Source of the DNA: a bacterium
GTDB taxonomy: Bacteria > SZUA-182 > DTGQ01 > JAFGSM01
Assembly: GCA_049472335.1 (NCBI GenBank)
Contig: JBLIRO010000048.1
Coordinates: forward strand, 1 to 37,663
Length of the DNA stretch: 37,663 nt
Reading direction: 5' to 3'
A program made the translations under genes and the position numbers. Numbering within the stretch: the first letter of the stretch is position 1; each line of letters begins with the position of its first letter. This document shows, one piece after another, positions 8,876 through 16,439 of this stretch. A model generated the notes under the pieces. It worked only from the letters and a program-made list of their open reading frames with translations. It ran no database searches and was not told the origin of the DNA.

Positions 8876-11800
8876 TTACATTCCTTCAACGCGCAGGTCT
8901 ATCTGTAAAGGCCCCTTCCCTTCCAATATCCTGGCAAGGCATGTGTTTTTTTGGATGGAGATAATTTCCAGGGCCACATTTCTATCGATTAACCGGAATC
9001 TTTGTCCTATTTTGACTCCGGCCATTTGTCCGATGTTGAGTTCGATATCATCCCCTGCTATTTGAGAGATCTTACCGCGCAGGGGATAAAATTCTCTCAA
9101 TTTTTCCAAAAGATCTTGTGACAATCCTTCTGCCAGGATGGATATCGGGACAACACTTCCGAATGATTCATTTATGGTTGCAACAATACGGCCTGTCTCG
9201 GTTTCTATTAACCTTACGGATACCTGTGCCTGAGGCCCTGAATAGATCAGCCGTCCTGATAATATAAGCCTTGCCGCGAGCATTCTTCCTAATGACAAAA
9301 CAATATCCCGATCGATCAATTTTGAGGTTCCAAGCTTCAATTCCTCCATCATTTTGTCCAAAAGCGCCCGTTCAACCACCTGAGTACGGCCGTTTTTAAT
9401 AATATAATATTTAATACCCGAAACCAGAAGGCGTTCTTGTCCTTCATGCAATGAATATCCCTGAGTCTCGAAATCCATAATCCATAAGGTCAAGGGGCGT
9501 GATGTCCAGCCATCGGAGGGTAATGGTTGTGACCGGATTTCCATACTCTCCAGCAATTCCCTAACAAGACGGTCAATACGTTCTTGCCTTTTGGAATCCT
9601 TATCATATGCCGCTTTCTTCCGTGCTTCAGCTATAAAGGCCTTCAGGGTCTCATCGTGAGGGGCCAATTTTTCTGTTCTCTCCAGAAGGGCCAGGAACTC
9701 ATCGTGATTCCCCCCGGCTTCAAGAATAAGGGCTTGATACAGATACCCCTGGGTACTTTGCGGATCAGCCTCGGAGGCCTTCTGATAATACTTAAGTGCA
9801 TCATCCGTCTTGTGTCTAATCGAAGCGATACGACCCAGTCCAATATAGGTGTCAGCCCTTTGTATATTCGTCCCTCTAGGAGCCGCTAAAGCTGTTAGAT
9901 AGGCTTCTTCAGCCAGATCAAGTTTTCCGTTTGCAAAAAGGATGTTCCCACGGATTAAATTAGACAAAAGCACATCAGGGTCCTTTTCTTCAATGATTCC
10001 ACAAAGATTAAGGGCTTTTTCAAAATTACCGTTATTATAGTAAGCAAGAACCTCCTTTTCATATTTTATCATCCTACCCTTAACGAATCCCTGATAGCTT
10101 AAAAATAACAAGATAATGAGGATGGTAATTGCTGCGCCTACAGACAACCAAAGCCGATTCTTTTTTTCACCCCCCTTATCAGAAAAATCAATGACCTCTT
10201 CCTGTGTTTTTATCTCTTTATGAGAGGTGGAAATACAGAAAGGCTCAGGTTCTTCCATATCCCTGAATGCTTCCACCTGCTCTTTGTAATTGAAAGTTGG
10301 ATCTCCATATAATATATAGCTTGTCCAGACTATATTCTCTTCACCATATTCCCTGATAAGTGCCAGTCTTGACTCCCTTATGGCTTCTCCTATAGACAAA
10401 CCTGAAAGCAAATACCTATAAAATTCCAGGGCGAAGTGGCTGCTCTGCTCATCGGATATCTCCCAGAAGGTCCCTATATAATGTCTTACCCCTGCAAGCA
10501 GGAATGCGTTTGCAAGGCCAAAGATCTCATTCTCAAAGTGCACCTTCAATGCCCACTCCTCTGTCCGCGCCGACTGGCAGGCATTTGAGAAGATAAGGGC
10601 AGGCATAATGCTTGTAGAGGCCATACTTATAATGTCTCTGGCCTTAAGGCTGCCGCTGGACAGTCGCCACGCACTTTCTCCCGCGTTCTGCGAATTGTAA
10701 TCAGCATGCCCTGCAAAATGAACCAGGTCGAAATTTCGGATCTTCTCCTTGATAGAATCAGGTGTGATGCCTTCAGAGCGCAGGGAAGCATTGATTAGAT
10801 CCTTTTTTTTGTCCATGTAATCGCGTATCTTGGTTCCCTCCGCATAGGCCCCTTTTAAATCTCCTTCAGGGTCTGCCAGTATCAGCATCTTTAAAGGCCG
10901 TGCCAATGTCCGGTTCTTTTCACTCAAGACAGATTGACGGGTCTTTATAAGCCTTCCCATATGGAAGCGTTGACAAAGGAATTGTTTCCCGTCATATAGC
11001 AATTCCCAAGGGATTTGAACCAATTGATCATCGATCTTCAGGCTGAGGTATTCAGCATTGGTATTTTTTAACGCTTCCTTAACATTCAGGGAAAACAACT
11101 CGTTATAGAGAATCTGCCCAATCTTTCTGAGTTTTATTAAGACATCGGAGGGGACACAACCTTCACGGTTAGCTTTATTCAGACTGTCCACCATCTCACG
11201 GCATTTGACTTTGATCATATCCATGGAAACCTGAAGCTCTTCATACTGCCTAATTGTGCTCTCTTCGCCGGTGATCTTCTCGTACGCGCTTATTTTAACG
11301 CGATCCCCCTGAATTGTGATCTCAAGCTGCAATAATCTTAATGTTTGTTTGCCTCTTTTATCAACTTCAAATTTATGAGCACGGGATCTCGGTTCATAGT
11401 GAAACTGTATATCTTTGTCCTGCCAAAGCACCCTGTAAATTTCCATGGATTGGGCTTTTCCCTTTACCCTGACCTTTTTATGGAACCTGCAGATAATATC
11501 TTCACTTTTACAAACCTCTTCGTAGACAGCCTTTGACGTGAGTATTTGCTCACACCCGGCTTCGGATTGGATGCGTGAGGCAACATTCGCCACATCACCG
11601 GTGATGGACTGATAAACCGCGGTTTCGTCTACAAGTACCTTTCCGAAATGGATACCCATCTTTAGAAGGATCTTATCCGTCTCCTCCTTGTTTTCGTTAG
11701 ATTTAAAAAGGGCCTTTTGGATTGCTATGGAAGCATTGACCGCTGCCAATGGAGTTAAAAAGGCAGCCATGACTGCGTCCCCTATCATCTCTATGACTTT

Positions 11801-12019
11801 GCCCTCATGTTTTTCTATCAAAGGCAAAACAATTTGATTGTGTTTCAGAAGCAAGGTCCGTCCGCTGATATCACCCTTTGTATCTATATACTCTGTATAA
11901 CCACAGATGTCGGTAAAGAGTATGGCGATTTCTTTTCTAAACCTTTCCTTGAGTATCTGCTCAAGTCGCTCACGCTCCCGAAGGATATCCTGAAAATTTT
12001 GATATCTGTTATCTTTCAT
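8876..12019 (-). CDS. membrane-anchored class III nucleotidyl cyclase / CHAT (caspase-like) protease / TPR / CsgG-FlgO-like multidomain protein
   Basis: Cyclase: ILFTDICGYT, IEMIGDAVMA, GIHFG, GDVANVASRIQ. CHAT: QIPWELLYDG, LILADPEGDL, VHFAGH, FSNACQS, GLANAFLLAGV, IGTFWEI, YILYGDP. TM helix LWLSVGAAITILIILLFLSY; TPRs; VVERALLDKMMEELKL...LGRMLAARLILSG; C-terminal LNIGQMAGVKIGQRF. Likely start is ATG 12019, overlapping the upstream stop. Confidence 0.9.
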   Translation of the reverse strand: MKDNRYQNFQDILRERERLEQILKERFRKEIAILFTDICGYTEYIDTKGDISGRTLLLKHNQIVLPLIEKHEGKVIEMIGDAVMAAFLTPLAAVNASIAIQKALFKSNENKEETDKILLKMGIHFGKVLVDETAVYQSITGDVANVASRIQSEAGCEQILTSKAVYEEVCKSEDIICRFHKKVRVKGKAQSMEIYRVLWQDKDIQFHYEPRSRAHKFEVDKRGKQTLRLLQLEITIQGDRVKISAYEKITGEESTIRQYEELQVSMDMIKVKCREMVDSLNKANREGCVPSDVLIKLRKIGQILYNELFSLNVKEALKNTNAEYLSLKIDDQLVQIPWELLYDGKQFLCQRFHMGRLIKTRQSVLSEKNRTLARPLKMLILADPEGDLKGAYAEGTKIRDYMDKKKDLINASLRSEGITPDSIKEKIRNFDLVHFAGHADYNSQNAGESAWRLSSGSLKARDIISMASTSIMPALIFSNACQSARTEEWALKVHFENEIFGLANAFLLAGVRHYIGTFWEISDEQSSHFALEFYRYLLSGLSIGEAIRESRLALIREYGEENIVWTSYILYGDPTFNYKEQVEAFRDMEEPEPFCISTSHKEIKTQEEVIDFSDKGGEKKNRLWLSVGAAITILIILLFLSYQGFVKGRMIKYEKEVLAYYNNGNFEKALNLCGIIEEKDPDVLLSNLIRGNILFANGKLDLAEEAYLTALAAPRGTNIQRADTYIGLGRIASIRHKTDDALKYYQKASEADPQSTQGYLYQALILEAGGNHDEFLALLERTEKLAPHDETLKAFIAEARKKAAYDKDSKRQERIDRLVRELLESMEIRSQPLPSDGWTSRPLTLWIMDFETQGYSLHEGQERLLVSGIKYYIIKNGRTQVVERALLDKMMEELKLGTSKLIDRDIVLSLGRMLAARLILSGRLIYSGPQAQVSVRLIETETGRIVATINESFGSVVPISILAEGLSQDLLEKLREFYPLRGKISQIAGDDIELNIGQMAGVKIGQRFRLIDRNVALEIISIQKNTCLARILEGKGPLQIDLRVEGM

Positions 12020-12410
12020 GACTCGTTTCCCTGATTTCAAAAAAATATTCCCCAATCTTTTTCTCGTCCTCGATCAAAGAAATACTGTAATGACCGAATG
12101 GAATATCTTCAAATAGTATTAACTTACTATCTGAAAGAAACGAAGAGATCTCCCGTTTATTCTTCTTAAGGGTTATTCTTAATGCCTTTTCAGATCTCTT
12201 TGCCTCGGGCAAATTAACCTTGATACAGGCCCTGTCCTTTCCCGTTTTTTCGATTTCAACCTCTGTTTGAATATTCCCAAAGGGCACCCTAAGACTGACC
12301 AGATTTTCAACTATCTTCCGTTTAAAACTTCTAACTGTCAAAAGATGTCCATTTTCCATTATTCCAACCCCGCCCATGTTAAACATATTAAATACTTCAT
12401 TATACTTCAC
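12009..12410 (-). CDS. hypothetical cytoplasmic protein with a predicted beta-sandwich C-terminus
   Basis: Fills the gap between two operon genes (8 nt after the upstream stop, 11-nt overlap with the downstream ATG). Pattern LRITLKKNKREISSFL...ILFEDIPFGHYSISL. Start codon uncertain. Confidence 0.7.
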   Translation of the reverse strand: MKYNEVFNMFNMGGVGIMENGHLLTVRSFKRKIVENLVSLRVPFGNIQTEVEIEKTGKDRACIKVNLPEAKRSEKALRITLKKNKREISSFLSDSKLILFEDIPFGHYSISLIEDEKKIGEYFFEIRETSHER

Positions 12411-12418
12411 TGAAAACC

Positions 12419-14437
12419 TTATTCAGTTATAACCTTGTCCATACGATCTATGGTCCCGGGTTTACATCCCATCAGCTCGGCCTGAGACATATTGGTCATT
12501 ACCTGAGTAATACGCGCCCGTCCGATGATTTTTGTATCCGCGCCCAGAATCCTGTTTGTGATCGGATGTTTTATTTCCTCCTCCCTGTAAACGATCAGCC
12601 TTCTATATAGCTTAATAACGTCATGCCCGAGATCTGTAACAATCTCTTTTTCTTTACATTTAATAATCAGCCCGTTCACCAAAGGGAAATCCTTGTGAAA
12701 TTTAACAGCCATTCCTTCTGCCAGGGACATCAAAGCATTAATGTCTTTGATTTCACCATAGACGTCCTCAGAGGCTAAAATATCCGAGGTTTCCGTATCT
12801 ATCATTCTGGCCACAATCTCGATACCTGTTCTTGTCTCGATGATACTACCAGCTACAATGGAGTTTACGGCTATTAACCTGCCTAACCTTAAAGCCGTGC
12901 TATCATCAAATAACTTCGTGCGGCTGAGTTTCTGTTCCTGAAGGATCGTATCCAGTTTTTCCCTTTCAATAACCCGAAAGCGGTTACGTTTAACCAGAGC
13001 ATCTATAAGGTTGTGCTGGAAGTTAAAGCTGGCAGCAGAAATCCCTTCCCCCTGTTCAAAAGGGAAGACCGTAAGACTCAAACGTTCGGATAACTGCAAG
13101 GCCTTCGGTATCTTACTGATAATAAGAATCTTTTTTATTGCCGTATTCCCTTTTTCATCCCTGGCCTGAATGGTGACAACATTTTCCCCTTCCTTCAGGT
13201 CCGTCATGTGACTAAAGAAGACATGCCGTCCATTACTGCAGCGTATGGGTATCTCATTGATCATCAGGCTTTCGATCCGGTTCTCGTCGCTTACAGATCC
13301 TTCAATATAACCCTTTTCCATATAAACAGTCTGGGAGTCAGTCCAACCCTTGAGTCTTATAACAGGGGGCTGTGAATCCTTAGATCCGAAAAGGCCGGCC
13401 AGCAAATCATACTGTGTCTCCTGACCCGCAAAGGCCAACATTACCGGTCTTTGACTGAATGTGGCCTCTTCTAATAGGATATTAGCAGATGTTATATTAT
13501 CCAAACTGTCGCTTGCCGCCATCTCCAGACTCTCCTCAGCTATTTTAAACCTTGCGGTGAAAGGCACTTCCATTCCTTCGCCGATTGGGATAAGCTGTCT
13601 ATTGATACTGAAACCCGATACCCCGGCTTCATCGTAAATCGATCCATAGATCGTAATCTCTCTTTCTGCGGGAAAACGATTAAGATCCAACTTGTCCAGC
13701 CTAATAACGGGGCCTTCCCTGTCAACATTAATAATTACCTCTCGCCTTGTCTCTTTCCCCAGAAGATTTTTTGCTGTCACCTCAACAATCTGTCTACCCT
13801 GAGGAAGATCCAGATATTCCTTAAACGAAACCCGGTTCTGAGCCCCCTCTAAGAAGAAGGGAATATCCTTGATAGTAATGCCTGTAATATAATTCTCGTC
13901 ATTGGCCATACCTGAAATTACTACCGGATCTTCATTTGTCCAGATTTCATCGGCTTCAAAGCTGAGATCAAGCATCGGAGGCATGATCTCTTTTCCCTCC
14001 CGCTCGATCAAAATCTTGCGGACACGATCCAGGTAAAAGCGGGCCTTCGCGGAAGGGAAATAACTCAGGGAGTCTTCCAATTCCCTTTTTGCCGCTTCCA
14101 TATCCCCTTTTTCATAGTAGACGATCCCCAATTCCCTATGGGGAAAGTAATCGATAAAATGCATCCCGTAGGTTCTAGCCATCCGCTGGTCTTTTTCCCT
14201 CTGTTTAATGGCCGCTATGAAATCTTCGATTGCCTCCGGGAAAAACTCCCCTTCAACAAAAGATAGACCCCTTTCATAATAATTCCACCACCGGTGCCTG
14301 AAAGCCCCCTGAACCTTGCCATACTCCTTGCCATTTTTAATACGAACAGGCTTTGAGGGCTGGACCACACAACTCAGGGGAAAAAGTGCCAACAGGATCA
14401 GACTTAAAAAAAGGATTTTTTGAGTTCTATTTTTCAC
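12419..14437 (-). CDS. predicted lipoprotein with TPR, Ig-like repeats and a C-terminal CsgG/FlgO-like domain
   Basis: Lipobox-like LFPLSC after a hydrophobic stretch; TPR-like WWNYYERG...PHRELGIVYYEKGD; three Ig-like segments (VVISGMANDE, ITIYGSIYDE, YIEGSVSDE); RFRVIEREKLDTILQEQKLS...ALRLGRL. GTG start. Confidence 0.85.
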   Translation of the reverse strand: MKNRTQKILFLSLILLALFPLSCVVQPSKPVRIKNGKEYGKVQGAFRHRWWNYYERGLSFVEGEFFPEAIEDFIAAIKQREKDQRMARTYGMHFIDYFPHRELGIVYYEKGDMEAAKRELEDSLSYFPSAKARFYLDRVRKILIEREGKEIMPPMLDLSFEADEIWTNEDPVVISGMANDENYITGITIKDIPFFLEGAQNRVSFKEYLDLPQGRQIVEVTAKNLLGKETRREVIINVDREGPVIRLDKLDLNRFPAEREITIYGSIYDEAGVSGFSINRQLIPIGEGMEVPFTARFKIAEESLEMAASDSLDNITSANILLEEATFSQRPVMLAFAGQETQYDLLAGLFGSKDSQPPVIRLKGWTDSQTVYMEKGYIEGSVSDENRIESLMINEIPIRCSNGRHVFFSHMTDLKEGENVVTIQARDEKGNTAIKKILIISKIPKALQLSERLSLTVFPFEQGEGISAASFNFQHNLIDALVKRNRFRVIEREKLDTILQEQKLSRTKLFDDSTALRLGRLIAVNSIVAGSIIETRTGIEIVARMIDTETSDILASEDVYGEIKDINALMSLAEGMAVKFHKDFPLVNGLIIKCKEKEIVTDLGHDVIKLYRRLIVYREEEIKHPITNRILGADTKIIGRARITQVMTNMSQAELMGCKPGTIDRMDKVITE

Positions 14438-14607
14438 TAACCAAAACTTCCCCCACCTTAAAAAATGCCCATAAGATATTAATTTTTAGATTAAAGATGT
14501 TATTATAAAAGTAATGCATTTTTTAGGCCAAAGAATTACAGACTGATTCAGACTTAAATCAAATTTTTGAAAATACTCCGTGATCTCCGTTAGAGTATCT
14601 ATATTAC

Positions 14608-15939
14608 TTAGGTACCAAAATGAATAATAAGAGAAGCCAATAAACGGTGCTGGGTTGTATCACATCTGGATGAGGCAATAAGATTTCCGCTATCTATATC
14701 TCTGCTCCACCTCAGCTCATATGCCATATCAAAGATTATTCTTCTATAAGCTATGCCTGAGCCAACTGCAAATCCATAAAAACGCCTTAACCTTTGATGC
14801 GATGGTTCCGGGTCATAAAACATACCTGCCCTGATTGGTATTACGATATTTCTGTTTGGATTGATGATTAAATATTCACCGCCGAATCGGACTTGAGTTG
14901 TATTTTTTGCATCAGCATCACTCTTAGGCCGGCCATCGATAGGGCTGAATTCGTTCCCATCGGAATCAATAAAAAAGTAATCGCACCACCTTGTTCTATA
15001 AACATCGAGATCAAAAGAAAGGGCATCTGATACTCTCCATGCCAGACCGATACCATATGATGGGGGCATTCGGAGTTTGACTTTTTCAGAATCACTAAAT
15101 GAGGAACTGACGGGCGAGTTAGACGAATTTATTTGTCTGATACTATACTCATGACGCATACGGGCATTGAATGGGGTCTTTAGGACTGCCCCAAGGGTCA
15201 GATATCTGTTCATATCCCATAGAAAGCCAATATTGGCGTTCAACCCAAAGAAATCAGAATATTTATGATTAATGTAAGTCTCTATGGACGCCTGATTTCC
15301 CCCGATAGTCCCGACACCTTTTTCGTAATAGCTTTCTTCCCATCCATTCATCCAAAATGCTGTATCCGTCCATATATTCAGGGTAGCTCCGAAAGAAACC
15401 CTGGGAGTTGCTTCAAAGGCATAGGCCAAACCTAAAGCACCTATATTGCCCCTCTGTTTATAATGTTTATATTGTAAAAGATCCACTCCGAGGGAAGAGT
15501 AGTCATAAAAGTGGTTAAAATTACGTTCGAATTCATAAAGTCTTTGATAGTTTAGAGAAACAACAGCATTTCGAGTTAAAGTTAATTGAAAGGGAATTGC
15601 AGCGCTAAAGTAATTGATGTTTAAATCATTTGCCTTGCCTGTATTATTAATTTCAGGATGTCTTTGTGAGGAAAAATCCTCTCTCTTGCTTAAATAGGCG
15701 CCAACGATTGAAAGCTCCGGCATTTCCAATTGGATAAGGCCACCCGGATTCCATGAAGCTGCCGTAGCATCATCGGCAATGGAAATAAACGCCCCTCCCA
15801 TACCCATTGCTCTGGCCCCGGAACCTACTGGATTTGGCGAAGATGTGATTCCTGCCTGTTGAAAAAGCGTGTCGGCCTGCATACTATTTGGGTGAAGCAG
15901 TATTGCATAGACAAATAAAATCATCCACCACTTTTTCAT
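14608..15939 (-). CDS. OmpP1/FadL-family outer membrane beta-barrel protein
   Basis: Signal peptide; hatch motif GSGARAMGMGGAFISIADDATAASWNPGGL; amphipathic beta strands; aromatic residue near the C-terminus. SD AAGGAG. Confidence 0.9.
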   Translation of the reverse strand: MKKWWMILFVYAILLHPNSMQADTLFQQAGITSSPNPVGSGARAMGMGGAFISIADDATAASWNPGGLIQLEMPELSIVGAYLSKREDFSSQRHPEINNTGKANDLNINYFSAAIPFQLTLTRNAVVSLNYQRLYEFERNFNHFYDYSSLGVDLLQYKHYKQRGNIGALGLAYAFEATPRVSFGATLNIWTDTAFWMNGWEESYYEKGVGTIGGNQASIETYINHKYSDFFGLNANIGFLWDMNRYLTLGAVLKTPFNARMRHEYSIRQINSSNSPVSSSFSDSEKVKLRMPPSYGIGLAWRVSDALSFDLDVYRTRWCDYFFIDSDGNEFSPIDGRPKSDADAKNTTQVRFGGEYLIINPNRNIVIPIRAGMFYDPEPSHQRLRRFYGFAVGSGIAYRRIIFDMAYELRWSRDIDSGNLIASSRCDTTQHRLLASLIIHFGT

Positions 15940-15980
15940 AATTTTCTCTCCCTTTCAAAATTGATGGATTCTTATCCTAC

Positions 15981-16009
15981 ATTTTATGCACATTAAAAAT
16001 CTTTGTCAA
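15981..16009 (-). promoter_or_regulatory. sigma70-type promoter TTGACA-N17-TAAAAT for the FadL operon
   Basis: Minus strand: TTGACA (16009-16004), 17 nt, TAAAAT (15986-15981), about 40 nt upstream of ATG 15939. Confidence 0.7.
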
Positions 16010-16279
16010 TGAAATATTATCATGATTAATATCTCTGTTCGCTTTAAAAGGGGATTTGGTTTGTAATTTTTAATAAAAGATCCTATAGCGTTGCACATGG
16101 CTACATCAGAATATTTTTATCTTATCAATATTATCAGTCAGTTTGCAGGATAAATCAATTATACTGAATAAATTGTACTAAAAACCTATAAAAAAAACCG
16201 GCCCCTTTTTCAAATCTAATTAAATATCAACAAGTTATTCTCTGCTATAAAAATTGCCTTCATACATCTATTAATTTTT

Positions 16280-16405
16280 ATGATTTATAATAGATTTGCG
16301 GAAGACATCCCCTCTAATCCTGTCCCGGAGCCCTCTACTTGTCTGTTTTTTATTGTTGGTTTATTAGGAATGTTGGGAATCAGGAAAAATTCGGTTGACA
16401 AATGA
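16280..16405 (+). pseudogene. orphan PEP-CTERM sorting-signal fragment (41 aa)
   Basis: Translates to MIYNRFAEDIPSNPVPEPSTCLFFIVGLLGMLGIRKNSVDK*, which has VPEP, a hydrophobic helix and basic residues. In-frame TAA at 16217-16219 upstream; no signal peptide. Absent from the ORF track. Confidence 0.8.
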
Positions 16406-16439
16406 GGGACATTACAATTCATGATCGTTTCACTTTAAA

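Noticed and set aside
8876..12019. CHAT protease as part of a type III-E CRISPR (Craspase) or Pycsar locus
   Set aside because: There are no cas genes, array or Pycsar-type effector adjacent, and the TM/periplasmic architecture differs.
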